DNA of 64,000 bases from Nannocystis bainbridge. GTDB lineage: Bacteria; Myxococcota_A; Polyangia; Nannocystales; Nannocystaceae. Made by a program: the position numbers and the translations under genes. The stretch covers positions 1,408,001 through 1,472,000 of the forward strand of contig NZ_JAQNDL010000003.1 of the NCBI RefSeq assembly GCF_028368995.1, read 5' to 3'. Every line of letters begins with the position of its first letter. The first letter of the stretch is position 1. Shown here in pieces: positions 1 through 10,070 of the stretch. Under the pieces are notes generated by a model. It had not been told where the DNA came from. It was given only the letters and a program-made list of their open reading frames with translations, and did no database searches.

Positions 1-870
1 CTCGGCCTGCTCGTCCTGGTGATGGCCTGTGCGCCAGAGCCGGCGCCGCCCGCTGCGGGCACACATGTCCCAGGGGACAGGTCCGAGAAGCTTCCTCACG
101 CCCGCGGACCTGTCCCCGACGACATATCATCTGTCCCTAGAGACAGCCACGTCACCCCGCCGACGACGCTCGCACGCAACCCCGGAGACGCCCCACCCGA
201 GGCGACCGAAGAATCACCCGCTCCGCCCGCCGCTCACTCTGGACCTGTCCCCGGGGACATATCATCACACCCCGAGGCCGCCCCGCCCCTCCTCACGATC
301 GCCCCGCCGCCGGGTCTCCTCGACCTGCGCCGCGAGCTGCCCGGCGCCTGCTTCGAGGTCCGCTACGCCACCGCCGACAACTTCACCGGCGCCGTCCTCC
401 CCGGCTACGACACCCCGGGCGCCTGGCTACGCCCTCGTCCGGCCCGGGCCCTCGCCCGCGTCCAGGCCGCGCTCGCCGGCGACGGCCTCACCCTGCTCGT
501 CCACGACGCGTATCGCCCCGTGCGGGCCAGCCTCGCCATGGTCGCCTGGGCCGAGCGCAGCGGCAGGCGGCAGCTCGTCGACGACGGCTACATCGCCCGG
601 CGCTCCGGTCACAACCGCGGCGACACCGTCGACCTCACCCTCGCGCGCGCGGGCACCTGCGAGCCGCTCGACATGGGCACCGCCTGGGACCACTTCGGAC
701 CCGACAGCCGCTATTCGCGGGCCGACGGCGACGCCCTCGCACATCGCCGACGACTGCGCCGCGCCATGCAAGCAGCAGGCTTCACCCCGTACGACCAGGA
801 ATGGTGGCACTTCACCTTCCGCGACCCGGACGCCGCCCCGCTCGACATCCCCTACGCCGCGGCCCCCTGA
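1..870 (+). CDS. ddpX: D-alanyl-D-alanine dipeptidase (VanX/DdpX, peptidase M15), lipoprotein; 5' end probably lies outside the window
   Basis: Motifs RYATADNFTG, DAYRP, SGHNRGDTVDLTL, LDMGTAWDHF, EWWHF. The frame is open from base 1 (LGLLVLVMAC lipobox), followed by a Pro-rich linker. Confidence 0.9.
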   Translation, partial: LGLLVLVMACAPEPAPPAAGTHVPGDRSEKLPHARGPVPDDISSVPRDSHVTPPTTLARNPGDAPPEATEESPAPPAAHSGPVPGDISSHPEAAPPLLTIAPPPGLLDLRRELPGACFEVRYATADNFTGAVLPGYDTPGAWLRPRPARALARVQAALAGDGLTLLVHDAYRPVRASLAMVAWAERSGRRQLVDDGYIARRSGHNRGDTVDLTLARAGTCEPLDMGTAWDHFGPDSRYSRADGDALAHRRRLRRAMQAAGFTPYDQEWWHFTFRDPDAAPLDIPYAAAP

Positions 871-1049
871 GCTCTCGTCCCATGCCGCAGCGCTGCCCGA
901 TCTCCGCCAAAACCTCACCGCCCATCCTTCCCTACCTCCACGCGATCCACGAAGAACCGCGTTCCCACGGCTCCTCCGCGCCACGCTCTGCCTTGGCCGC
1001 GGTTTGACAGCCACCGCCCGCGCTGGGAGCATCGCCGCCGGAGGTACGA

Positions 1050-1475
1050 ATGCGCCCACTGCTGTCTGTTTCCCTGCCCGCGCTCGCGCTCGCGGGCGTC
1101 GCCCTCACCGCCACCGAGGCCCACGCCAAGGGCCTCGTCCTTATCACCACCGGCGAGAGCGTCCTGCATTATGACGACCTCACCGGCGAGGCCAAGGCCT
1201 TCGCCGCCGAGACCACCGGCCACGAGGTCCAGGTCGGCTATCTCTACAGTCACTTCGGCGTGTTCTGGCTCGACCTGTGGACCTGGGACGGCAAGTACTG
1301 TCTCTACCAGGGCGACAACGTGTGGGAGCTGACCCCGGACGACGCCGCCGGCCTGCTCGGCGTCAAGGTCGACGAGCTCGGCAAGCCGCTGCTCTACCAC
1401 GCCCCGCTGGGTCTCCTGATCTTGCTCGGCCTCGGCGTCGGCCTCGGCCTGTTCTACCGCTTCAGCCGCGATTGA
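1050..1475 (+). CDS. Small secreted/membrane-anchored hypothetical protein
   Basis: GGAGG RBS, signal peptide (AHA), C-terminal TM helix, strong GC3 bias. Confidence 0.75.
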   Translation: MRPLLSVSLPALALAGVALTATEAHAKGLVLITTGESVLHYDDLTGEAKAFAAETTGHEVQVGYLYSHFGVFWLDLWTWDGKYCLYQGDNVWELTPDDAAGLLGVKVDELGKPLLYHAPLGLLILLGLGVGLGLFYRFSRD

Positions 1476-1526
1476 TCGTACCACCCGGGCTCGCCGCACC
1501 GCCGGCGAGCCCGCCTGCGATCCCGG

Positions 1527-2717
1527 TCAGAGCTTGGCCCGGATCGATCGCACCAGGTGCCACAAGATGGCGTAGGCCGCGAGCGTGACGGCGAGCCCGC
1601 CGATGCCCGAGCTCAGGTGGATGTAGATGTCGCCGAGCGGATCCGGCAGCGAGAAGCCGCCGCCCGTCGGGAACGACACGTGCCACGCCCCGCCGTCGAC
1701 GCGAGTCAGCTGCGCCTTCATCCCGCGCACGATCTCGTTCGTCATCTGCAGCAGCCACCCCAGCCACCACACCAGCACCAGCAGACCCGCGCCGGTGCCG
1801 ACCACCGCCTTGTGGGCCCCGCGGACCACCAGCGGCGGCATGAAGAAGTTGAGCCCCGGGACCAGCCAGCCGGCCACCGCCATGCCCGGGCCGAACGGCG
1901 TGCCCAGGCGATTCGCGGCGTACACCCGATACAGGAACACCAGCAGCGCGACGCCGATCACCAGCGAGAGCAGCGTGTAGAGCGGCCCGACCACCTGCCA
2001 CAGGCGAAAGCCCAGCGCCGGCACCGTGTACGCCAGCGCGAACATCACCAGCGGCAGACCGAAGCGCACCAGCAGCAGCAGCTCGAGCAGCCCGCCGTGC
2101 TTCGGCCCCTTCTTCTCGGGCGGGCGCCGGATCGTCGACCGCCCCACGCCCGAGCGCCCCGTCCCCGTCGCCATGAACGCCGCCGCCGTCACCGGCTCGA
2201 GGCTGCCCTCGAGGCCTGCCAGCGAGACCTCGAGGATCTTCTCGAGCTGGGCCTTGAACGCCGGCAGGTCGAGGCCCTCGTGGAACCCGTAGTTGCTGCG
2301 GCTGCCGTCGGGCCGCGTCTCGGCCAGCACGGCCTCCTTCACGTGCACCGTGCCGGTGCCGAGATCGGCGCAGCGCTCGTAGAAGAACACGCTCGGCTCC
2401 CCGGCCTTGCGCACCAGCGCCAGGAACATCGCCTCGTTGGCATTGAGCGCCGGCGGCATCGAGATCACCACGACCTCGACGGCGCCCGACTTCACGTGAC
2501 CGACGACGTCGAGCTTCGCCATCTCGCGCCCACCCGGGGCCAGGCCGACGTGGGGCAGCGCCTCGACCATCCCCTTGCCCGACTCGGTCCACAGGAAGAA
2601 CAGGAACGCCTCGCGCTTCGGCCCCGTCAGCTCCTCGAACATGCGGTCAGGCGCGCGGAACGTCTCCGCGGGGATGACTTTCTTGGCGAACGACAAGTGA
2701 TGCTGGCGTGCGGACAT
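1527..2717 (-). CDS. Hypothetical membrane protein: soluble N-terminal domain plus DUF4328-like 4-TM C-terminal domain
   Basis: C-terminal PGMAVAGWLVPGLNFFMP...WW motif; GC3 bias. Confidence 0.65.
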   Translation of the reverse strand: MSARQHHLSFAKKVIPAETFRAPDRMFEELTGPKREAFLFFLWTESGKGMVEALPHVGLAPGGREMAKLDVVGHVKSGAVEVVVISMPPALNANEAMFLALVRKAGEPSVFFYERCADLGTGTVHVKEAVLAETRPDGSRSNYGFHEGLDLPAFKAQLEKILEVSLAGLEGSLEPVTAAAFMATGTGRSGVGRSTIRRPPEKKGPKHGGLLELLLLVRFGLPLVMFALAYTVPALGFRLWQVVGPLYTLLSLVIGVALLVFLYRVYAANRLGTPFGPGMAVAGWLVPGLNFFMPPLVVRGAHKAVVGTGAGLLVLVWWLGWLLQMTNEIVRGMKAQLTRVDGGAWHVSFPTGGGFSLPDPLGDIYIHLSSGIGGLAVTLAAYAILWHLVRSIRAKL

Positions 2718-2725
2718 GAGAGCTC

Positions 2726-4039
2726 TCAGGGCTGGGCGATGGCGGCGAGGGCCGCAGAAAAGTCTTCACGGCAGATCGAGTGGAACTCGAGCGGCCCGAG
2801 GCTGGCGCCGACCTCGAGCATGCGCACCGGCGGACGGGCGGTCATCGGATAATCGGGATCTATCGCGTTCGGCAGCACGCAACCAGGGCCGATGCCGAAC
2901 AGATCCTGGACCTCGGGATCGGGGTCGTCCTCGAACACCAGCGCCGCGTCACCGGACTCGAAGCCTGGCGGCACCCCGGCGATCGCCAGCAGCCGCACCC
3001 GCGCCCCGCCGGTCTTGCTCGCCTGAATGTCGGCCAGAAAATTCGAGTAGCGCGCCACCGGCCACAGCACCGCCGCGTCGGGATCCTTGGTGGGCGCACC
3101 ATCGATGTCATGGTCAGCCGCAGGGCACGCCGAGTACGTCGGCCCGGCGCCCACGCAATCGACCCCCGCGTTGAAGCACACCGCGCTGGTCCCGTCCGGT
3201 CGCTCGGGGTCCTCCCAGAAGGTCTTGTTGGTGGTGAAGATCTCGCCGAATCTCGGGTTGGCGCTGCAATCGACCTCGTCGGTCACGATCACCACCACCA
3301 GGTCGGCCTCCGGCCGCAAAAACCCGTACTCCGGCTCGTTCGCGTCCATCGACCGCGCCAGCGCCAGGTACATGCTCTCGAGCTGCGACTCGAACCCGCA
3401 GCCGTTCACCCCCCGCGGCAGCGCACACCGCAGCGCCTGCACCAGGCTCAGGCCCGCGTCCGCGAGGTTGGTGACGCCGCCGGTGCGCTCGAACCACGGC
3501 CGCACCGCCGGCTCGTCGTCGAGCGCCGTCGGCGTCGGCGCGATGCCGATCGACGCGACCTCACAGATGTCGGCGCACGCGTACGCATAATCGTCCATGT
3601 TGAACGAGAACTCGCCGTCCTCGATCCTCTCGAGGCAGCTCCGCGTCGCCATCGCCCCGCGCTCCGGCGTCGTCTGGGCCTCCGGGCAGCGCGGATTGCC
3701 GACGTCGGTGGTGGTGATGCCGATCCGCAGGTCGCGCTCCGTGTCGAGCAACGCGTCGATGTTCTTGGCCAGCAGCGCCTGCTCGTCGGCCATCGACCCG
3801 GTGTTGTCGATCACGAACAGCACGTCGATCGGATTGGTCCCCGACGGTCCGCCGGTCGGCGTGTCCTCGGTCGTCGTGCCCGCCGTCGGCTCGTCACCCG
3901 AGTCGTCGGGCTCGCCCGAGGGCCCGTACGACGGATCGTTCGTCGGCCCGGCGCTGACCGTCAGCTCGTCGAGGATGCTGCCCTTGCCGCCGCAGCCGGC
4001 CAGCGCCAGCGCGACGCACCACGTCACTCTCGTTCGCAC
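2726..4039 (-). CDS. Myxobacterial Cys-rich vWA-like lipoprotein
   Basis: Lipobox LAGC, acidic linker, DVLFVIDNTGSM (MIDAS-like), GCGFESQLES, FLRPEA-LVVVIVTDEVDCS. Confidence 0.8.
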   Translation of the reverse strand: MRTRVTWCVALALAGCGGKGSILDELTVSAGPTNDPSYGPSGEPDDSGDEPTAGTTTEDTPTGGPSGTNPIDVLFVIDNTGSMADEQALLAKNIDALLDTERDLRIGITTTDVGNPRCPEAQTTPERGAMATRSCLERIEDGEFSFNMDDYAYACADICEVASIGIAPTPTALDDEPAVRPWFERTGGVTNLADAGLSLVQALRCALPRGVNGCGFESQLESMYLALARSMDANEPEYGFLRPEADLVVVIVTDEVDCSANPRFGEIFTTNKTFWEDPERPDGTSAVCFNAGVDCVGAGPTYSACPAADHDIDGAPTKDPDAAVLWPVARYSNFLADIQASKTGGARVRLLAIAGVPPGFESGDAALVFEDDPDPEVQDLFGIGPGCVLPNAIDPDYPMTARPPVRMLEVGASLGPLEFHSICREDFSAALAAIAQP

Positions 4040-4104
4040 GCCGGGACTCTACCAAGCTTCGCGCAGCTCGAAGGCGCGAAACCGCGCCCTCGCTCGCATC
4101 GCCG

Positions 4105-5838
4105 TCATTGCCCCGTCAGCGCCTTGACCGGCGTTCCGGCGATGCGCTGGCGATATTCGGCGTAGCCCTGCATCAGCGACCGGTACAGCAGGGCGCCCAC
4201 CACCTTGTGCCCGTGATGCGTCAGGTGTGAAAGATCGCCGGCGCCGAGGGCCGGCGACGAGCGGACCCACCGGCCCATCGAGCCTGCCCCGCCCATCGCC
4301 TCGTACGTGTCGAAGAAGGCGCAGCCCTCCGCCTGGGCCACCTCGCGCTGGGCCTGGACCAGCTTCGTCACGATCGGCCGCGTCACGATCTTGCCCGAGC
4401 CGTCGCGTTCGCCGTGATCGAGCGGCGCCATCACCAGGCACGGCAGCGTCGGGTCGGCCTTGCGGAACAGCTGGATCACCGCCGCGTACTCGGCCTTGTA
4501 CTTCTCCATCGTCCCCTGCGTGTTCATGTCGTTGCCGCCGAACATGAGCACCAGCAGGTCTGGGTCGCGGCGGGCGATCTGGCGCTGCAGGTGGTCCGCG
4601 TCGAAGTTGAGGATCCGGCGGGTCAGCGCGCCGATCTGGCTCATCTCGTCGTAGACCACCCCGGGCCCCGAGCGCTCCATCGCCACCCCGTACGCGCGCA
4701 CCTTGCCGCCGCCGGCCGCGCGGACCGACAGCGTGTGTTCGCCGTCGTCGGTCTCGATCACGTGCCAGCGGTCCTCGAGCTGCTCGGCCGCCGTCTCGAG
4801 CTCGACCGGCTCCTGCTCGTCGAGCTTCAGCCGCAGCTTGCCGCCCTTCGGCATGCCTGCGTACCACACCTCGTAGCGGGCCACCTTGCGGCCCATCGGC
4901 CCCTTCTGCGCCGTCGACAGCCGGATCTCCGCCCCGCCGGCCGACTCGAAGGTCGTCCCGCCGACCCCGTAATAGCCGTCCTTCTTGCAGTCGAAGATGA
5001 TGAAGCAATGTTGCCACGGGCTGCGCTCGTCGAAGCGCACCCCTTGATGGCGGTAGCTCGCGTTGGGCTGGCCGAGCAGGTGGAACCCGTGGCCGGCGTC
5101 GCCGAAGCGGGCCTGCAGCTTGCTGCGGATCGCCCCCGTGATCCCGTCGTTGCCGATCGCCGAATCACCGTAGTGCATCGCCCGCGTGATCGCCCCCGGC
5201 AGGCCGAGGTGTGTGCGAGTCAGCGCCGCGTAGAAGCGGTCGAGCGCCTCGGGCCGCTCGAGCGGCATCTCGACCGGCGTCGCGTCTTCGGGGTCGACGG
5301 CCAGCGGCGGCACCTTCTCGTCCTCCTCGACCGGCGCCGCGCGGACCTCGACCTCTTTGAACTCCTCGACCTCCGCCTTCTCCGCCTCCGCGCGCGCGAC
5401 CGCCACCGCCTCCTTGACCTCCGCGTCGGCGACCTCGGCCTTCTGGCCCATCCCCAGCAGCTCGCGGCCGATCAGGTTCCAGAACGGCACATAGCGGTAC
5501 TGGCCCGTGTCCGCCTCGGTCTCGAGCGTCCACGGCCGCACCAGGTGCAGGCACTGCAGCGGCGCCGCACCGCCGACCTCGGCCTCCGCCGCCACGCAGC
5601 TCGTCAGCGCCGCCGCCACCTCGGTCCCCGGCGACGTCGCCACCGTCGGCGCCGGCACCACGTAGGTCGCGCCCATCGCCAGCGCCACCCCGAACATCGC
5701 CCCGATCACCTTGCGGAACGTGCCCGGCGGATAGCTGACGCCGGCCTCGTCGTCGCGCATCAGGTCGACCGCGACCTTGCGCTCCTCGCCGTCGAGCAGC
5801 CCCTCGTGTTCGTCCGCCGCCATGGCCCTGCTGGTCAT
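4105..5838 (-). CDS. SGNH/GDSL-family O-acetyltransferase or esterase (PatB/AlgJ-like)
   Basis: HYGDS block I, FGGND block III, D-x-x-H block V (DLSH); N-terminal TM; lies directly downstream of an MBOAT gene. Confidence 0.8.
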   Translation of the reverse strand: MTSRAMAADEHEGLLDGEERKVAVDLMRDDEAGVSYPPGTFRKVIGAMFGVALAMGATYVVPAPTVATSPGTEVAAALTSCVAAEAEVGGAAPLQCLHLVRPWTLETEADTGQYRYVPFWNLIGRELLGMGQKAEVADAEVKEAVAVARAEAEKAEVEEFKEVEVRAAPVEEDEKVPPLAVDPEDATPVEMPLERPEALDRFYAALTRTHLGLPGAITRAMHYGDSAIGNDGITGAIRSKLQARFGDAGHGFHLLGQPNASYRHQGVRFDERSPWQHCFIIFDCKKDGYYGVGGTTFESAGGAEIRLSTAQKGPMGRKVARYEVWYAGMPKGGKLRLKLDEQEPVELETAAEQLEDRWHVIETDDGEHTLSVRAAGGGKVRAYGVAMERSGPGVVYDEMSQIGALTRRILNFDADHLQRQIARRDPDLLVLMFGGNDMNTQGTMEKYKAEYAAVIQLFRKADPTLPCLVMAPLDHGERDGSGKIVTRPIVTKLVQAQREVAQAEGCAFFDTYEAMGGAGSMGRWVRSSPALGAGDLSHLTHHGHKVVGALLYRSLMQGYAEYRQRIAGTPVKALTGQ

Positions 5839-5851
5839 CGGTCGTCGTCTC

Positions 5852-7504
5852 TCAGAACTGGAAGTAGATGTTGGCCCGCGGCCCGCTCGAAAGCAGCATG
5901 TAGATCAGCAGGGCCAGCAGCGCCAGCAGCAGCCCGATCACCGGCCCCGGCAGGCGGCGGAACGCCGCGTACGTCTGGCGGTCGACCAGGCCCTTCGGCG
6001 TCAGCAGGTGGTAGCCGAGCCCGAACAGCAGCGCCGCCCACACCGCCGGCGTGATGAGCCCGTCGCGGATCCCGTGGGCGTCGAAGCGCAGCAGCCCGGC
6101 GATCATCTTGCGCGAGGTGTCGAGGTCGTCGGCGCGGAAGAACACCCGCGACAGCACCGTGAAGTGGAACGTCAGCAGCACGTGCAGCGCCGTGTTCCAC
6201 GCCGTCCCCGTCTCCGGCAGGCGGGCCACGATCAGGAACATCAGCACCGCGAAGCCGCCCAGCCCCAGGCTCTCCGTCTGGCCCAGCTGCAGCGTCGTCG
6301 ACGACAGCCCGTACACCGCCGCGAACAGGATCAGCAGCCCCGTCACCCACATCGCCCGCGTCTTCGCCGTCCCCGCCCCGCGCTTGCGCAGCCGGTTCCA
6401 GCGGTTGAACACCATCGCCAGCGCGTGGATGTTCGAATACAGGATGAAGTTCCAGCTGGCCCCGTGCCACATGCCGACCAGGAACATGGTCAGCCACAGG
6501 TTGAAGTACACCCGCCCCGGCGAGCCCTTGCTGCCGCCGAGCGGGAAGAACACGTAGTCGCGCAGCCAGGTCGACAGCGTCATGTGCCAGCGGCGCCAGA
6601 ACTCGCCGAGGTTCCTGGCCTGGTACGGGCGCTCGAAGTTCTCCGGCAGCACGAACCCGAGCATCAGCGCCACGCCGATCGCGATGTCCGTGTAGCCGCT
6701 GAAGTCGGCGTAGAGCTGCAGCGTGAACGCGTACAGCGCCAGCAGGATCTCGAGCGACGTGTAGTTCTCGGGCGCGTTGAAGATCGCGTCGGTGAACTGC
6801 GCCGCGATCCAGTCGCCGAGGATCGCCTTCTTGGCCACCCCGATCACCACGCGGTACATCCCGCGCGTCATCGCCTCGGCCGACAGCTGCGGCGGCCGGT
6901 GCAGCTGCGGCAGGAACTCGTGCGCGCGCACGATCGGCCCCGCCACCAGCTGCGGGAAGAACACCACGAACAGCGCGAACTTGCGGAAGTTCGGCTCCGG
7001 CGTCAGCCGCCCGCGCCACACGTCGATCGTGTAGCTCAGCGTCTGGAACGTATAGAAGCTGATCCCGATCGGCAGCAGCAGCTCGAGGTGCGGCACCACC
7101 ACCGCCATCCCCAGCGCGTTCGCCACGTCGCTGAAGATCCCGAGGAAGAAGTTGGTGTACTTGAAGTAGCCGAGCAGCCCGAGGTTGCCGACCAGGCTGA
7201 CGCCGAGCCAGAAGTTGCGCGTGCGGCTCGCCGCCGCCTTCGCCTGCCGGTCCTTGCCTTCGAAGGCCTCGCGCTGGCGCCAGATCTGGTGCGAGCACAC
7301 GTAGTCGAGCACCGTCGACAGCAGCAGCAGCCCGACGAAGTACCACGGCGGCTGCAGCGGCTCCGTCTCGGGCCCTGCCATGTAGAAGAAGTAGCTGGCC
7401 GCGATGAGGAACAGCACCCGCATCACCGGCACATGCGACAGCCCCCACGAGATCAGCAGCACGGGGACGATGAAGAGCAGGAAGTCGAAGCTGACGAAGA
7501 GCAT
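5852..7504 (-). CDS. MBOAT family O-acyltransferase (AlgI/PatA/DltB-like)
   Basis: LPIGISFYTFQ, FFPQLVAGPI, YADFSGYTD, FWRRWHMTLS-WLRDY, GMWHGA. Start taken at MLFVSFDF. Confidence 0.92.
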   Translation of the reverse strand: MLFVSFDFLLFIVPVLLISWGLSHVPVMRVLFLIAASYFFYMAGPETEPLQPPWYFVGLLLLSTVLDYVCSHQIWRQREAFEGKDRQAKAAASRTRNFWLGVSLVGNLGLLGYFKYTNFFLGIFSDVANALGMAVVVPHLELLLPIGISFYTFQTLSYTIDVWRGRLTPEPNFRKFALFVVFFPQLVAGPIVRAHEFLPQLHRPPQLSAEAMTRGMYRVVIGVAKKAILGDWIAAQFTDAIFNAPENYTSLEILLALYAFTLQLYADFSGYTDIAIGVALMLGFVLPENFERPYQARNLGEFWRRWHMTLSTWLRDYVFFPLGGSKGSPGRVYFNLWLTMFLVGMWHGASWNFILYSNIHALAMVFNRWNRLRKRGAGTAKTRAMWVTGLLILFAAVYGLSSTTLQLGQTESLGLGGFAVLMFLIVARLPETGTAWNTALHVLLTFHFTVLSRVFFRADDLDTSRKMIAGLLRFDAHGIRDGLITPAVWAALLFGLGYHLLTPKGLVDRQTYAAFRRLPGPVIGLLLALLALLIYMLLSSGPRANIYFQF

Positions 7505-8150
7505 CGGTTGCCGGCGACGTCGGGCGCTCACGCTACCCGCGCTGCCCGAGAACGCGAAACTTTCCCCTTAAACTTCCGTACCCCCGTAGCTCACGCTACA
7601 AGGGCAATCCGGGGCTTTTTGCGCTTCGTGTCCAGGCCGTTTCCAGACGGCGGCGGGGGCGGCTCGGCCATGGCGGTGCTCACGTCCACCGCCATCCCCG
7701 CCATCTTCATCCTGCCCGCGTGGAGGTAGCCCCGCGCGACGGTCCCCTCGCCGGTGTGCCGGACGAGGTGCTGCAGGCCCGCAGAGGCAGATGCTGCTCG
7801 GCCAGGTGGGCCCACCTGGAGTGATGGATCCGGCGGAGGCCGAATCACGCGTGACCGTCCGGCCAGGGTACCGGTCATCACCGTGGGTGCTCCCAGGCTC
7901 AGGTTCGCGCCTGGTGCGCCGAGGGAGAACCCACATCGTGTCCAGCCCTCCCGCCTTGAGCGCCTGCAGCGCCCGATCTTCTGGCCGACCTTCAAGGCGA
8001 GACCGGGTTGTCCGTGGCGCGGCGATCCGATTGCGCCCGAACCTGTCCATGCCGCCCATCCTCGACCTCGACGCGCGCCCGAATTCGCCGTGCATGGCCT
8101 CCAGGCCCTGATTTGGGCCTGGTTGCCTCCGAGCCGCGCGTCTGGGTAGC

Positions 8151-9320
8151 GTGCGACCGATGACGCGGACCACCGCCCCCCAGGCCGTCGCCACCGCGCT
8201 GGCGCTCGCAGGATGTTCGGCCGGCGAGCAGCGGCGCGAGGTCGACGCGGCGCCGGCGAAGATCGATGGCCGCCAGGCGGCGCGACAGGGCGACCTGCTG
8301 TCCGGGTCGTGGGCGCCGTTACCGGGGCGGATCGTCGACATCGCGGCGACCGACGACATGCTGTTCCTCGCCGACGTCCCCGAGGCCGGGCACCCGATGC
8401 GCGTCCACGCCGGGCGCTGGCGCGACGGGCAATGGCGGTGGGAGCAGCCGTGGAGCGTGCCCTGGCCGCCGACAGTCCCGGCAGGCCACGATCTCACGGG
8501 CTCCGGCGCGTGGCTCGGCGTCGCGGCGACCTCCGGAGGCGCGCACGTCTCGCTGACCCGCGTCGAGTATCAGGGCGGCTCGCACGGCATCGCCGTGGCC
8601 ACGCTGGTCGACGGTGCGTGGACGAACACGACGGAGCTCGAGAGCCCGACCGACGCCGACATCGCCTTCGGTCGGCCGGCCCTGCGCCGCGGCGACGTGC
8701 TGCTGACCGCCGACGGCCACGATCGCCTGTGGCACTACACGCGTGCGAACGACGACTGGCAGGGGCAGCCGATCGCCCTGCCTGCGGGCAGCACGCTGAT
8801 GCTCGAGCCGGCGATGGACCTGTCCGCGGACGCGGCCGATCTCGCGGTCGCCTATCAAGACGCCGCCGACAAACCAGCGCTCGCGCTCTACCGTCGCGGG
8901 CCCGCCGGCGGCTACGCGCTCGCCGGCACGCGGGCGCTCCCCGGCCCGGTCACCGCGCTGGCGTTCGCCGGAGCGGAGCTGTTCCTCGGGTTCCAGCGGC
9001 CGACCCCCGACGGCGCCGTCGTGTGGGCGCTGCCGGCTGCCCTGCCCGATCCGCTGGTCCCGGCGCGTCGCCTCGAGTTGCCCGCGCCGGCCGATCCGAA
9101 GCACGAGCACCTCTCCGACGGCGACGTCTCGCCCGACTGGGTCCTGGCGCTGCAGCTCGACGCCGCGTGGGTCCGCGACGCCGCGGCCGCAGGTCCGCTG
9201 CGTCGCCTCGACCTCCCGCCCGCGAAGGACGGCAAGCTGCGCCGGCCCGCTGGAGCGCTCATGGGCTCGGTCGCGGTGCTGCTCGTCGACGGTCGACTCG
9301 GGTCCTTCGCGCTCGAGTGA
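8151..9320 (+). CDS. Hypothetical lipoprotein, probable beta-propeller
   Basis: Lipobox LAGC; Trp-rich short beta-strand repeats. Confidence 0.65.
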   Translation: MRPMTRTTAPQAVATALALAGCSAGEQRREVDAAPAKIDGRQAARQGDLLSGSWAPLPGRIVDIAATDDMLFLADVPEAGHPMRVHAGRWRDGQWRWEQPWSVPWPPTVPAGHDLTGSGAWLGVAATSGGAHVSLTRVEYQGGSHGIAVATLVDGAWTNTTELESPTDADIAFGRPALRRGDVLLTADGHDRLWHYTRANDDWQGQPIALPAGSTLMLEPAMDLSADAADLAVAYQDAADKPALALYRRGPAGGYALAGTRALPGPVTALAFAGAELFLGFQRPTPDGAVVWALPAALPDPLVPARRLELPAPADPKHEHLSDGDVSPDWVLALQLDAAWVRDAAAAGPLRRLDLPPAKDGKLRRPAGALMGSVAVLLVDGRLGSFALE

Positions 9321-9422
9321 GAAACGGTCTTCCAGACAGCATGTCCCTCGGGACATGTCACCCCGAACGCGAGCGGGCAGCCACCTCGCGGCGACTGCCC
9401 CTTGCGAGCGCTCACGCGCGCC

Positions 9423-9785
9423 TCACTCCGGCTTCTTGCCGCCGTGCTTGGCCACCACCGCCGCGATCAGCGTCTTGCCCGGCTCCTCGGCGCACGACTT
9501 GAAGATCCGGTAGCCCATCGCCGAGCGGTTCTTGTCGTAGCACTCGAGCACGTCCTTGTGCTTCTCCTCGAGCTTCTGCGCCTGGCACTCGGCGGCCACC
9601 TCCGACTTCAGCGTCTTCATGATCTCGGGCGAATCGCCGGTCTCCTTGGCCTCGAGGAGGACGATGCCCGCCAGCGGACCGGCCGCCTTGGCACACAGAG
9701 AGTCGTCGGCGCCGCCCGAGCAGGCGGAGGTGACGGAAGCCGCGACGAACAGCGCGGCCAGCGAGAGCTTGAACGACAGGGTCAT
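9423..9785 (-). CDS. Small Cys-containing helical lipoprotein
   Basis: AGGAG RBS, lipobox TSAC, four further Cys. Confidence 0.7.
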   Translation of the reverse strand: MTLSFKLSLAALFVAASVTSACSGGADDSLCAKAAGPLAGIVLLEAKETGDSPEIMKTLKSEVAAECQAQKLEEKHKDVLECYDKNRSAMGYRIFKSCAEEPGKTLIAAVVAKHGGKKPE

Positions 9786-10070
9786 GACATTCTCCTGGGG
9801 GTGAAGAGGGCGCGACGCCGCAAGGGTCGCAGCCGCGCCGAGCATCGCACGATCGCCGCGGCCGCGCCCACGACCCCGATCGCAGGGTTTTTCGCGGCGG
9901 CCGGGCTCTGCCGCCGCTCGCGTCTCGCCGCCGGACGACCTCGCGTGCATCGGCAACGATGTTCCGCTGGCGGTCCGTCCTCGTTGTCGGACGTCGCGGA
10001 TCACCTCGTCACGCCCGGCGACGCCGACCGCAGCCACCCGGACAACCCCTCGTCCGCGCTCGACCTGCCG

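Noticed and set aside
7591-7700. tmRNA suggested by a reading frame ending RIALVA-stop
   Set aside because: No tRNA-like 5' or 3' ends or T-loop were found.
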